A stretch of DNA of 64,000 nt from Sulfolobales archaeon (GTDB lineage Archaea > Thermoproteota > Thermoprotei_A > Sulfolobales > NBVN01): positions 2,969 to 66,968 of the forward strand of contig JAWBKW010000007.1 in assembly GCA_038831135.1 (NCBI GenBank). The letters run 5' to 3'. Under the pieces are notes generated by a model. The model searched no databases. It saw nothing but the letters and a program-made list of their open reading frames with translations, and was not told where the DNA came from. Made by a program: the position numbers and the translations under genes. This document shows positions 10,115-21,705 of the stretch, one piece after another (position 1 is the first letter of the stretch; each line of letters opens with the position of its first letter).

Positions 10115-11065
10115 TTAATTGGTTCCTGATTTATTCATAAGTAGTTCTAACGAGGCCTTGGTGAGAGTATCGCTATTGAGTCCGTAGTGATCCAATAATT
10201 CTCTAACTGTTTTAGCGGATCTTCCATAATTTGTGACACCAATAATCTTCATTGGAACGGGGTACCTTTGTACGAGTATTTCAGCAACAGTAGCGCCTAT
10301 ACCTCCAAAAACGTAATGCTCCTCTATAGTAATTACGCGTCCGCAATTCCTAGCTACTTTCTCGATCATGGCTTCATCAGTCGGCTTTACATTAATCATA
10401 TTGATTACTGTTGACTTAACACCTAATTTCTTAAGTTTTTGCGACGCCTCTAACGCATCATAGAGGACTGGGCCGGCTGCTATAATAGCTATATCATCCC
10501 CCTCCTCAAGGATGTAAACCTTACCTGGTCTGTATTCGTAATCATAGTTATCAGTAATTGATGGGGAGTAATCACGTCCAACCCTAAAGTAAACAGGACC
10601 TTTAACATCTTTGATAACTACTGGTAGGCTTCTAAGAACATCTTTAACATCAGCTGGAACCACGACCGACATATTATGTATGGCTCTCATTAATGCGATA
10701 TCTTCGAGTGATTGGTGGCTCGAGCCATCAGCATGGTCGCTAAAACCAGAATGCGTTCCAATTATTTTAACATTCAGGTTCATCCTACCTAAAGTATTTC
10801 TAATCTGTTCCCATGCTCTAGTAATAAACATTGAGAATGCACAAATGACAGGTATCGCACCGGCTGATGCTAGACCTGCTGCAAAACTTACCATATGTTG
10901 TTCTGCAATACCTACATTGAAATACCTTTCTGGGTATTTACTACCAAATAAATGGGCCCTAGTAGCTTTCCCAACATCAGCCGTAACTACAACCAGATCG
11001 GCTACCTCACTACCTAGTTCACATAGTACTGAGCCCACCGCATCGCGAGGGGAGTTAATGGTCAT
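10115..11065 (-). CDS. Transketolase, C-terminal (pyrimidine-binding) subunit
   Basis: 316 aa with FNVGIAEQHMVSFAAGLA and GSSHQSLEDIALMR motifs. It lies immediately downstream of the N-terminal subunit gene. Confidence 0.9.
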   Translation of the reverse strand: MTINSPRDAVGSVLCELGSEVADLVVVTADVGKATRAHLFGSKYPERYFNVGIAEQHMVSFAAGLASAGAIPVICAFSMFITRAWEQIRNTLGRMNLNVKIIGTHSGFSDHADGSSHQSLEDIALMRAIHNMSVVVPADVKDVLRSLPVVIKDVKGPVYFRVGRDYSPSITDNYDYEYRPGKVYILEEGDDIAIIAAGPVLYDALEASQKLKKLGVKSTVINMINVKPTDEAMIEKVARNCGRVITIEEHYVFGGIGATVAEILVQRYPVPMKIIGVTNYGRSAKTVRELLDHYGLNSDTLTKASLELLMNKSGTN

Positions 11066-11067
11066 AA

Positions 11068-11820
11068 CTACTCAACTCTTTGTATTGATGTGTTCTCTAG
11101 TTGTTTGATTCCTTTACCTCTGATAGTTAAAGCGAATATTACTGCAGGCTTCTGAGCTTTTATGGCACTATCTAATGCGGAGATTATACTTACTACGTTA
11201 TGACCTTCGCATAAGAAGACCTCCCATCCAACTGTTTTCCAAACCAGTGGCATGAAATGCTTAGGTTTAATCTCGGATATTTTTCCATCTAGTTGGTAGC
11301 CGTTAGCATCTACGATCACTACTAAGTTATCTAAGCCTCTATATACGGCATCAGTCATAGCTTCCCATACCTCACCTTCATCCTGTTCACCATCACCCAT
11401 CACAACGTAAACCCTACCACTACCACCTCTAGATTTAACCCATGAAGCAACACCAATACCAAAACTTAACCCTTGACCAAGACTACCTGTAGACATATCG
11501 ACCCCAGGTATCATTATGTCTGGGTGTCCTTGGAGTCTCGAATCTAAGGATTGCATCTTAATTAACTCAGTATAATGTATTAGTCCGATATCCGCTAATA
11601 AGGCATAAAGTGCTGGAGCTGCATGACCTTTACTAAGTATTAACCAGTCCTTATTGATGGGTTCAGAACCTAATCTAATATATCTCTTAAGAAGAACTGT
11701 TAGGATCTCAACACAACTTAAGGAAGAACCCATGTGTAGATTCTTCTCGTATTGGTGAATATCAATTAATAATTTCCTGATTTTCTCCGAAGTGATTTCA
11801 AGTTGCGCGTACTCTTCTAT
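11068..11820 (-). CDS. Transketolase, N-terminal (TPP-binding) subunit; start uncertain
   Basis: Contains GHAAPALYA and [13 protein letters not shown] motifs. The frame is open 37 codons upstream of the ATG at 11733 (to the TAA at 11847-11845). That stretch encodes transketolase-like N-terminal sequence ([18 protein letters not shown]) without a canonical start. Confidence 0.85.
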   Translation of the reverse strand: MEEYAQLEITSEKIRKLLIDIHQYEKNLHMGSSLSCVEILTVLLKRYIRLGSEPINKDWLILSKGHAAPALYALLADIGLIHYTELIKMQSLDSRLQGHPDIMIPGVDMSTGSLGQGLSFGIGVASWVKSRGGSGRVYVVMGDGEQDEGEVWEAMTDAVYRGLDNLVVIVDANGYQLDGKISEIKPKHFMPLVWKTVGWEVFLCEGHNVVSIISALDSAIKAQKPAVIFALTIRGKGIKQLENTSIQRVE

Positions 11821-12009
11821 CTTATATTTTGGAATTGCATCGCCTTACACCAAGATTTATAGAATACTATTCTTGGGGTATATAACCTTTTCGTTTCTTA
11901 ACAATTCAATAAAATTTTATTTTTGATTACTATTAGTATATAAAAAGCAGTTCAATTATAGTAAAGCATAATAACTAAAAATATTCCTAAGAAATATGAG
12001 GTAAAGGAT

Positions 12010-13260
12010 TTGGGAGGGCAAACACTTACTGATAAAATATTGAGTAGAGCTGCTGGTAAGGTAGTTACTCCGGGTGATATAGTAGAAATATCCGTTGATT
12101 TGGTAGGGTTCCATGATTTAACAGGGTTCCATGTTATTGAAGTCATCGAAAGCGTTGGTTGTAACTCAATACCACATCCTGAGAAATTAGTCATAGCTTT
12201 CGACCACCTAGTTCCGCCACCAGATATTAGGAGTGCTGAAATACAGAAGCTTGTGAGGGAACTAGCACGTAGAAGTAAAGTGGTAAAATTTCATGATATT
12301 GGCGATGGTATTCTTCATCAAGTGTTATTGGAGAGGTATGTAGAACCCGGTCAGGTAGTAGTAGGTGCTGACAGTCATACATCGACAGCGGGGGCGTTAG
12401 GCGCATTTGCTCAAGGTATGGGTGCAACAGATGTAGCAGCAACCTTACTTACAGGTAAGACTTGGGTTTCAGCTCCTCAACCATTTAAGATCGTTCTTAG
12501 TGGTGGTCTTAAAAAATGGGTTACTGGAAAAGACGTAGCATTACAAATCCTTAAGGAGTTTAAGGCGGATTATTTCAACGGTATGTCGATAGAGTTCTAC
12601 GTGGATAATCCAGGTTTATTTCCCATAGATTATAGAGCAACCATAGCTAATATGGGTATAGAATTTAATGCTGATTCAGTGATTTTCGTTCCAGATACTG
12701 AGACTTTTAACTTCTTAAGTAATGAGAGAGGTATTGAATGTAAGAAGGTTCTGCCTGATGGTGATGCATCATATATTGATGAATTTACTATTGAACTGAA
12801 GGACGTTGATCTACTTGTAGCAGCTCCTTATAGTGTAGATAACGTTAAAAGTGTTCAGGAAATTGAAGGAATGGAAGTCGACATGGTTTTTATAGGATCA
12901 TGTACTAATGGGAGATTAAGTGATTTGGAGATAGCTGCTCAGATAATGAAGGGGAGGAAGGTCAAGAGCAGATGCGTTGTTATACCAGCATCTAGGAGGG
13001 TTTTCAATAAGGCTCTCGAATTAGGGTATATTCAGACTTTGGTTAGTGCTGGATGTATAGTTACATTCGGCACTTGCGGTCCATGCATTGGGGGGCATTT
13101 CGGGGTTGCAGGACCTGATGAGGTGATACTATCTACCTCTAATAGGAATTTTAAAGGGAGAATGGGGAGTCCAACCTCTAAAACGTTTTTGGTAGGACCG
13201 TCCGTAGCAGCTGCTTCAGCCGTTTCAGGTAAGGTGAGTGAGCCGGGTGATCTGCCATGA
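12010..13260 (+). CDS. leuC: 3-isopropylmalate (or homoaconitate) dehydratase large subunit
   Basis: 416-aa aconitase-family protein ([30 protein letters not shown] Fe-S ligands). TTG start preceded by GAGGT. Confidence 0.9.
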   Translation: MGGQTLTDKILSRAAGKVVTPGDIVEISVDLVGFHDLTGFHVIEVIESVGCNSIPHPEKLVIAFDHLVPPPDIRSAEIQKLVRELARRSKVVKFHDIGDGILHQVLLERYVEPGQVVVGADSHTSTAGALGAFAQGMGATDVAATLLTGKTWVSAPQPFKIVLSGGLKKWVTGKDVALQILKEFKADYFNGMSIEFYVDNPGLFPIDYRATIANMGIEFNADSVIFVPDTETFNFLSNERGIECKKVLPDGDASYIDEFTIELKDVDLLVAAPYSVDNVKSVQEIEGMEVDMVFIGSCTNGRLSDLEIAAQIMKGRKVKSRCVVIPASRRVFNKALELGYIQTLVSAGCIVTFGTCGPCIGGHFGVAGPDEVILSTSNRNFKGRMGSPTSKTFLVGPSVAAASAVSGKVSEPGDLP

Positions 13261-13745
13261 TAATTGATGGAAGGGTTATTAAGTTAGGGGATAAGATAGA
13301 TACAGATCTCATAATACCTGCTAAACATCTTAAGTTTACAGACCCTAAGTATTTAGCTGAACACGTACTTGAGCCACTAGACCCCAATTTTAGTAAGAAA
13401 GCATCTAAAGGTGTTATAGTAGTTGCAGGTAAGTTGTTTGGTATGGGTTCATCTAGGGAGCAGGCAGCTATAGCGCTTAAAGCTGCTGGAGTTAAGATGA
13501 TTTTAGCCGAATCTTTCGCCAGGATATTCTTCAGAAATGCGATCAATAATGGATTACCCGTAATGGTATGTCCCGGGGTCAATAATTTAGTAGCAAATGA
13601 CGATTATATAATAGTTAATCTATCGAATGGTGAGGTCTCAATACCTGAAAAAGGAGTTAAATTAAAATGTAAGGAATTGCCAGATATAGTTATTAAGATT
13701 TTAAACTCTGGAGGATTAATAGAATACTTAAAGAGTTTTAAGTAG
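13257..13745 (+). CDS. leuD: 3-isopropylmalate (or homoaconitate) dehydratase small subunit
   Basis: 162-aa aconitase swivel domain ([14 protein letters not shown]). ATGA overlap with leuC. Confidence 0.9.
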   Translation: MIIDGRVIKLGDKIDTDLIIPAKHLKFTDPKYLAEHVLEPLDPNFSKKASKGVIVVAGKLFGMGSSREQAAIALKAAGVKMILAESFARIFFRNAINNGLPVMVCPGVNNLVANDDYIIVNLSNGEVSIPEKGVKLKCKELPDIVIKILNSGGLIEYLKSFK

Positions 13746-13830
13746 CTGAAGAATCTTCATAAGTCAGATAAAAAAGGTTTTTATACTTCCCCTCCTCTTT
13801 AGAAAAGGGATCTGTATTGCTATATGCGAG

Positions 13831-14991
13831 ATAAGTTCCAAACCCGAATTAAATTCCGTAAAATACGTAAGAATATTAGATACAACATTAAGAGATGGAG
13901 AACAAACCCCCGGCGTTGCTTTAAAGCCCGAGGATAAGTTAAGAATAGCATTGGCTTTAGAAGAGTTAGGGGTTGATTCTATTGAGGCTGGGTTCCCGAT
14001 AACTAGTAGAGGGGAGTTCTTAGCTGTTAAAATGATTTCTAGTGAGGTACGTAATGCTGAAGTCATAGCATTAGCGAGAACTACAAAAAATGATATAGAT
14101 AAGGTTATAGAAAGCGAGGCTAGTGCAGTCCACTTATTCATAGCTACCTCGGACATTCATATGAAGTATAAATTAAACATGGGTGCCGAGGAAGTTATCG
14201 AGAAGGCCGTGTCATCTGTAGACTATGCTAAGTCGCATGGATTAGTTGTCGAGTTCAGTGCTGAGGACTCAACTAGAAGTAGACCTGAGTTCTTAGTTAG
14301 GGTATTCCAGGAAGTAGTTAATGCTGGAGCCGATAGGATTGATGTAGCAGACACCGTAGGAGTTATGACACCTTCAACAATGTCTAAACTCATTAGGTAT
14401 ATTAAGGATAAAGTTAAGGGTAATTACATCTTAAGTGTTCATTGTCATAACGACTTTGGTATGGCTGTTGCTAATAGTGTAACAGCTGTGGAGAGCGGCG
14501 CTGATCAGGTACACGTTACTGTCTTAGGTGTAGGTGAGAGGGCTGGGAATGCAGCATTGGAAGAGGTTGTTGCAGCATTAACATTTCTCTCAGGATTTAG
14601 AACTAATTTAAGATTAGAACTTATAGCAAGTACTGCAGCCCTAATATCTGAATTATTCGATATAGGTATTCAACCGAATAAACCTATAGTTGGCGTTAAT
14701 GCGTTCTCACACGAATCCGGGATCCATGTCCATGGAATATTAGGTAATCCTCAAACCTACGAACCAATAGACCCTTCAGTTATTGGTATGAAGAGGCGGA
14801 TAGTGTTAGGTAAGCATAGCGGTAAGCACGCAGTCGCATATATGTTGAAGCAGTTAGGCTTGGAGCCTAATGATGAAATAATTAATGAAGTGCTTATGAG
14901 AATTAAAGACTTAGGTGATAGTGGTTTTAGGTTAGGTTATGAGGACTTCGTTAACATAATTAAGTCAGTATTAGGTGAGCTTAATGATTGA
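13831..14991 (+). CDS. leuA: 2-isopropylmalate synthase / homocitrate synthase family, short form; start uncertain
   Basis: The catalytic N-terminal motif VRILDTTLRDGEQTPGV lies upstream of the track start (TTG at 13951). HCHNDFGMAVANS and HESGIHVHG are present. There is no C-terminal LeuA regulatory domain (about 386 aa). Confidence 0.85.
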   Translation: MSSKPELNSVKYVRILDTTLRDGEQTPGVALKPEDKLRIALALEELGVDSIEAGFPITSRGEFLAVKMISSEVRNAEVIALARTTKNDIDKVIESEASAVHLFIATSDIHMKYKLNMGAEEVIEKAVSSVDYAKSHGLVVEFSAEDSTRSRPEFLVRVFQEVVNAGADRIDVADTVGVMTPSTMSKLIRYIKDKVKGNYILSVHCHNDFGMAVANSVTAVESGADQVHVTVLGVGERAGNAALEEVVAALTFLSGFRTNLRLELIASTAALISELFDIGIQPNKPIVGVNAFSHESGIHVHGILGNPQTYEPIDPSVIGMKRRIVLGKHSGKHAVAYMLKQLGLEPNDEIINEVLMRIKDLGDSGFRLGYEDFVNIIKSVLGELND

Positions 14992-15053
14992 TAGCATTAC
15001 GGGTCAGCATAAAGATTTAAAAACATGTGAAGTCCTTGAAATAAGTTGGTGAT

Positions 15054-15130
15054 GGAGTTGGAAGTACTCCAAATTCATTAATTCTAACTAAAAGTTGTAT
15101 GGAAAAATCTGAAGGAGTTGAATTAACTCC
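15054..15130 (+). promoter_or_regulatory. Pair of related hairpins in the leuA-ilvB spacer
   Basis: GGAGT-N7-ACTCC at 15054-15070 and GGAGTT-N5-AACTCC at 15114-15130. The two 20-mers share 15/20 identity. Confidence 0.3.
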
Positions 15131-15168
15131 GTTGAATAATTTAGGTGTTCTGTATAAAGGTGATTATC

Positions 15169-16867
15169 ATGCCTACAGGAGCTAAGTTAGTAGTAGAGGC
15201 TTTAAGAAGAGAAGGAGTCAAAGCCATTTTCGGGATACCAGGACTTTCCAATATGCCCATATATGATGAATTAATTGATTACTTAAGGAATGAGGAAATA
15301 AAGCATATACTCATGAGGCATGAACAAGGGGCAGCACATGCTGCAGATGGTTATGCACGTGTAAGCGGTAGCCCCGGCATCTGTACTGCTACTTCGGGAC
15401 CAGGATCTATGAACTTAGTTACAGGTTTAATCACCGCCTATTGGGATAATAGCCCAGTTATAGCTATCACGGGTCAAGTTCCAAGGAGTTACATTGGAAG
15501 GAAATCATTCCAGGAAGCTGATGTTGTTGGGGTAATGCAGCATATCGCAAAATACGTTGTCCAAATTAAGGAGACACATGAAATACCCTTATGGGTTAAG
15601 AACGCATTCTATATAGCAACTAGTGGTAAGCCAGGTCCTGTAGTAATTGATATTCCAAGGGACTTACTCAGCTCGAATATTGAGGATGTAACATGGCCTG
15701 AGGAGCCTATGGTCTTGGGATATAGACCGTTCAAAAGCGTAATTAACACAGCAGATATTGCTAAAGCTGTTAGGATGTTGATAGAGGCTGAGAGACCTTT
15801 AATACTTGTAGGTGCAGGAGTCTTCTGGTCAGACGCTACTGAAGAAGTTATGAGGTTATCTGAATTACTGATATGTCCAATAGTATCTACCTTATTAGGT
15901 AAGGCAGCAATTCCTCATGACTATCCACTATATCTCGGTGTGGTTGGATATTACGGTAGGGCAGAGGCTAATAACGCTCTATTAGAAGCTGATGTAATAT
16001 TAGTTATTGGGGCTAGATTAAGTGATAGGACTTTACCATCATATAATGATATAGTTAAGGACGGTAAGAAAATAATTATAGTTAATATAGACCCAACCGA
16101 TGTAATGAAGCTACCTATGAAGGTTAATGTGGAGATTTACGGAGATGCTAAGAAAGTATTAAAGATTTTAATTGAAGCTATAAATCATATTGGCAGGAAA
16201 GTTAGCAGAGTTAGTTGGATTTCTAGGGTTACTGAATTAAGGGAATATTATTCTAAGTATTATTATGTGGATGATAATGATGGGTTAAGGGCCTGGAAGG
16301 TCTTAAAGGTTATAAGAGATGTATTACCTAAAGACTCAATAGTTACTACTGGTGTAGGTAAGCATCAGATGTGGATTATGTCATTTTGGGAGGTCCTTTG
16401 GCCTAAAACCTTAATAACTTCAGGAGGTATGGGTACCATGGGTTTCGGACTTCCTGCAGCTATAGGTGCGAAAGTAGCTAGACCTGATAGAGCTGTGATT
16501 AATTTAGATGGTGACGGCTCGTTCTTAATGACCATGAATAATTTAGCAACTGCTATAGATTTCAACATACCTGTTATTACCGTAGTATTTGATAACAGGT
16601 CTTTAGGATTAGTTAGGCAGGTACAGGAATTATTCTTTAAGGGTAGGGTGGTAGGTGTTGATTTCGGACTCTCAACAGATTATGTAAAACTGGCAGAAGG
16701 CTTTGGTGCCGCGGGATATGATGTTAAGGACTACAACGATTTAAGGGTAGCCGTGAAGAAAGCGTTAGAGGATGGTATAGCCTCAGTTATTAGAGTACCT
16801 ATAGATAGGGATGAATATTCTTTGCCTCAATTACCACCTGGTGGGAGTCTTAAGGAGGTGATACTTT

Positions 16868-16890
<23 letters not shown>
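15169..16890 (+). CDS. ilvB: Acetolactate synthase large subunit
   Basis: TPP enzyme motifs (GIPGLSNMPIYDE, GGMGTMGFGLPAAIGA, DGDGSF). GGTGAT lies 4 nt before the ATG at 15169. Confidence 0.9.
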
Positions 16891-18227
<1,337 letters not shown>

Positions 18228-18266
18228 TTCCTCTAGTATTTTATAGAGAAATATATTCCATAATTT

Positions 18267-19937
18267 TCACCTAACTAGGTCTTTAAATACTGCTCCAGTA
18301 TTTGCTGATGTAACCATATCAGAGTAGCGGCTTAAGACACCCCTTCTATATTTCTTAGGTAATGGGTTGAATTCCTTAATTCTTTCATTTAATATATCCT
18401 GCGGGATGACTAGGTCAATCCTCTTAGAGGTAAGGTCTATAACTATCGGGTCACCGTTTTCTACAAGCGCTATAGGTCCTCCTTCAGCCGCTTCAGGTGA
18501 TACATGACCTATAACTAGACCTCTAGAAGCTCCAGAAAATCTTCCGTCCGTTACTAGAGCAACTTCTTTATCTAGACCCTTACCTGCTAATATGGAAGTT
18601 GTTGCAAGCATTTCCCTCATTCCTGGGCCTCCCTTAGGACCTTCGTACCTAATCACAACTACGTCTCCTGCAGTTATTTCTCCATTTAAGACAGATTTAA
18701 TAGCATCTTCTTCGCAGTTAAAGACCTTTGCCTTCCCTTTAAAGTACTTAATCTCTGAAGCAACCGCAGATAACTTGATGACTGCTCCATTAGGTGCTAG
18801 ACTTCCTTTAAGTATTAATAAACCACCTCTATTAAGCCACGGGTCTTCAACAGATCTAATTACTTCTTTCCTCATAATATTAACGTTGCTTAAAAGTTCT
18901 TTAACCGTCTTCAAGCTAACGGTAGTCCTATTTTCATGTATTAGACCTTTCTTACTTAATTCTTTCATTACCGCGAGTATTCCTCCAGCCTCATGAAGGT
19001 CTTGCACATGATACTTACCAGCTGGACTTAACTTACATAATGTAGGAGTTTTATCACTTAACTCGTCGAAGTCGTCTAGAGTTATGTCTACTCCAGCCTC
19101 CTTAGCAATAGCAGTTAGATGTAGTACAGTGTTTGTTGAACCACCTAAAGCCATATCAACAGCTATAGCATCTAGGAATGCCTCCCTATTCATGATATGT
19201 GAAGGTCTTAAATCCTTCTTAACTAATTCAACTATTAGCATACCAGAGTACTTAGCAATTCTTAACCTCTCCGACGATACAGCTAGTGCTGTACCATTAC
19301 CTGGTAATGAAACACCTAATGCCTCACTCAATGCCTCCATAGTGTTAGCCGTGAACATACCTGCGCATGAACCAAAGCCTGGACAAGCAACATCCTCTAT
19401 AACCTTTAGCTCATCAATCGTTAACTTCCCTGAGTTTACACCTCCTACAGCCTCGAAGACATCATGAAGATCGATTTCACATCCTCGGAACTTACCAGTC
19501 AGCATAGGTCCCCCAGCAACGAAAATTGAAGGTATGTCAAGCCTACCCATAGCCATAAGCATACCTGGGACGATTTTATCACACGAACCTATGAATACTA
19601 GACCATCGAAATGATAAGACCTTGCTACTAGTTCTATGGAATCAGCTACTAATTCCCTGGATGGTAGGGAATACCTCATACCTTCATGGCCCATAATTAT
19701 TCCGTCACATAGGCCTATGGTGTTAAATTCTAAAGGTGTTCCACCCCCTATCCTCACTCCCGCTTTAACGGCTTCAGCTACTTCTCTCAAATGGGCATGA
19801 CCTGGTATTAACTCATTCCACGAATTCGCTATACCTATAAGAGGTTTATTTAATTCTTCATCAGTTAGACCTAATGCCTTGAATAACGACCTATGGGGAG
19901 CCCTTTCAATACCTACTTTAACAGTATCACTCCTCAA
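18267..19937 (-). CDS. ilvD: Dihydroxy-acid dehydratase
   Basis: 556-aa IlvD/Edd family protein ([28 protein letters not shown]). TTG start 4 nt after GGTGAT. Confidence 0.92.
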   Translation of the reverse strand: MRSDTVKVGIERAPHRSLFKALGLTDEELNKPLIGIANSWNELIPGHAHLREVAEAVKAGVRIGGGTPLEFNTIGLCDGIIMGHEGMRYSLPSRELVADSIELVARSYHFDGLVFIGSCDKIVPGMLMAMGRLDIPSIFVAGGPMLTGKFRGCEIDLHDVFEAVGGVNSGKLTIDELKVIEDVACPGFGSCAGMFTANTMEALSEALGVSLPGNGTALAVSSERLRIAKYSGMLIVELVKKDLRPSHIMNREAFLDAIAVDMALGGSTNTVLHLTAIAKEAGVDITLDDFDELSDKTPTLCKLSPAGKYHVQDLHEAGGILAVMKELSKKGLIHENRTTVSLKTVKELLSNVNIMRKEVIRSVEDPWLNRGGLLILKGSLAPNGAVIKLSAVASEIKYFKGKAKVFNCEEDAIKSVLNGEITAGDVVVIRYEGPKGGPGMREMLATTSILAGKGLDKEVALVTDGRFSGASRGLVIGHVSPEAAEGGPIALVENGDPIVIDLTSKRIDLVIPQDILNERIKEFNPLPKKYRRGVLSRYSDMVTSANTGAVFKDLVR

Positions 19938-20055
19938 CTAAATCACCTTATTGATAAAATTATTTAATTTAAAAATATTATCCTAGCGTTTATAATGGAA
20001 CTCCATAAACTTAAAGAACTAATTGAGAGTATTATCATCCGGTCATTATTTAGGC

Positions 20056-20544
20056 TCAAAGAGATATGTAGGCTAAACCTAATTTATTGATTCTCTCAAT
20101 GAGGTTCTTTACAGTCTTTGAGACATCATCTTTACTCATAACAATATCAACTGGAACCCATGCAGCATCAACGACATCACCACCTGCTCTTAGGGACCCA
20201 TCTATGGTATTAGGGTCGAATAAAACATCTAAAATCACGTAATGATATTGTACTCTACCAGCACCATCCCTTACTACATTATTACAAATCCATACTATCC
20301 CTAATGGATTGGCTTCAATACCTGTTTCCTCCTTAAGTTCTCTAATTGCTGCAGAGTAAATTTCCTCACCTGCTTCGACAACACCGCCAGGAATAGACCA
20401 TTTATCCTTTCCAGGAGGGTACCCTCTTTTAACAAGAAGGATTTTATTATCCCTAATTAGGACAGCACCAACAGCAACTATCGCATATCTCGGGTACTCT
20501 CTAGATACTAAACCCGACATACCTAATCCACAGAATAAGTACAT
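20056..20544 (-). CDS. NUDIX hydrolase
   Basis: Nudix box GGVVEAGEEIYSAAIRELKEETGI. Confidence 0.8.
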   Translation of the reverse strand: MYLFCGLGMSGLVSREYPRYAIVAVGAVLIRDNKILLVKRGYPPGKDKWSIPGGVVEAGEEIYSAAIRELKEETGIEANPLGIVWICNNVVRDGAGRVQYHYVILDVLFDPNTIDGSLRAGGDVVDAAWVPVDIVMSKDDVSKTVKNLIERINKLGLAYISL

Positions 20545-20595
20545 AAAATAAATTTAAACCTTGCAATCACTGTGATACAGGTACGGTAGCCAGCT

Positions 20596-21030
20596 TCATT
20601 CTTTAATTACGTCAAGTATTATTGACGGACAGACCTTCTTCACTCCTGAAAGACTGGATATCTCCTTATGTATCTTAGCCATATCATCACTATCTTTAGC
20701 CCATATAATTGCCACTATCGCATGGTCACCGCTCGTTAACGATAAATACCTAATATAATTCTTAGACTTTAACTCGGTAAGAACATCATATAGGTATTGA
20801 GGATCTACATCGATTCCTGTAATTGACACTGATCTATAATCTAATTTCCTCGGGTCTAATATGGCAGTATATTTTCTAATAACACCAAGACTTTCTAATT
20901 TTTTAATTCTCTTAATAACCGCTACGTCGCTTATACCTACTTCCTTAGCTATCTCAACATATGGGGTTCTAGAATTATTAATAAGTATAGAGATTATCTT
21001 TAAGTCCTTCTCATCTAGTAGTTCAGATAT
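20596..21030 (-). CDS. Lrp/AsnC family transcriptional regulator (probable ATA start)
   Basis: The RAM-like C-terminal half is in the track ORF. The HTH half (LDEKDLKIISILINNSRTPYVEIAKEVGISDVAVIKRIKKLESLGVI) is in the same frame upstream of GTG 20829, with no canonical start. Confidence 0.8.
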   Translation of the reverse strand: MSELLDEKDLKIISILINNSRTPYVEIAKEVGISDVAVIKRIKKLESLGVIRKYTAILDPRKLDYRSVSITGIDVDPQYLYDVLTELKSKNYIRYLSLTSGDHAIVAIIWAKDSDDMAKIHKEISSLSGVKKVCPSIILDVIKE

Positions 21031-21100
21031 TTTATGTCACCTCAATAATACAATTATTTTTAACATACTCGAATATAAATTTATTGCTGTATAAATGCAT

Positions 21101-21475
21101 TTATCGCAACACCACTTTTTGAGTAGCTTCCCATAACCCATGTAACGTACAATATTCAACGGCATGTAAAATTCCATCCTTATCTAACTTTAAAGTAAAC
21201 TCAACCTCTGGCTGCGCATATAGAGGTGTTAAGTCCGCAGAAGCTATTAAAATCGGATTAAATGCTCTACCGTTTTCACTGAAATACAACTCAATTCTCC
21301 TTATATAGTGTTCAGTAGTATTAGGATGCGGACCTACTTCAATCTTAACCTTAAAATACGTACCTGCCTTAATGATATCTGGCATCACAATCTTAGGTAA
21401 GTGATACTCAGCTTTTGACGCTATACTCGCGGTGATACTCTCAGGAGTATATATTAATTCACCTAGCTTTTCCAT
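21101..21475 (-). CDS. Superoxide reductase (neelaredoxin / desulfoferrodoxin ferrous-iron domain)
   Basis: 124 aa with the ligand pattern EYH, HPNTTEH (H-x5-H) and CTLHGLW (C-x2-H). Confidence 0.8.
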   Translation of the reverse strand: MEKLGELIYTPESITASIASKAEYHLPKIVMPDIIKAGTYFKVKIEVGPHPNTTEHYIRRIELYFSENGRAFNPILIASADLTPLYAQPEVEFTLKLDKDGILHAVEYCTLHGLWEATQKVVLR

Positions 21476-21705
21476 CTTTACACCAATAATTAATAATTTA
21501 TAAAGCTAATAAGGTTAACTAATTGCTTTAATAGTAATATTTGATTTTATCAAATCTGCTAAACATTTATTTAAATAATAAATTCAATATATGGAAAAGT
21601 TAGTTTATTATTGTGAAATATTAATAACTTTGATTAAGTTTCGGAAATAAAGCTACGAATCAATTTTAATAGCTTGGACTTGTATAACCTTAATATGGAA
21701 TAGAT

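Noticed and set aside
10611-11108. 165-aa ORF on the plus strand.
   Set aside because: It lies antisense to the two transketolase subunit genes and spans their junction, with antisense-type composition.
11952-12194. 80-aa minus-strand ORF across the leuC start.
   Set aside because: It overlaps the leuC 5' end and promoter region and has no motifs. It is probably spurious.
13764-14156. 130-aa minus-strand ORF.
   Set aside because: It covers the region that encodes the DTTLRDGEQ catalytic motif of the synthase on the plus strand. The plus-strand reading is clearly the real one.
15049-15112. Possible C/D-box sRNA (GTGATGG ... CTGA).
   Set aside because: The C box is imperfect and there is no D' box at the expected 12-nt guide spacing.
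15145-15168. GTG start for ilvB giving MFCIKVII.
   Set aside because: GGTGAT at 15159-15164 is positioned for the ATG at 15169, and MPTGAKLVVEAL matches the usual ALS N terminus.
18592-19467. Two plus-strand ORFs (134 and 127 aa).
   Set aside because: Both lie antisense inside ilvD, which has unambiguous dihydroxy-acid dehydratase motifs.
20861-21094. 77-aa plus-strand ORF.
   Set aside because: It lies antisense to the Lrp/AsnC HTH-coding segment. It appears in the track only because the true gene lacks a canonical start.
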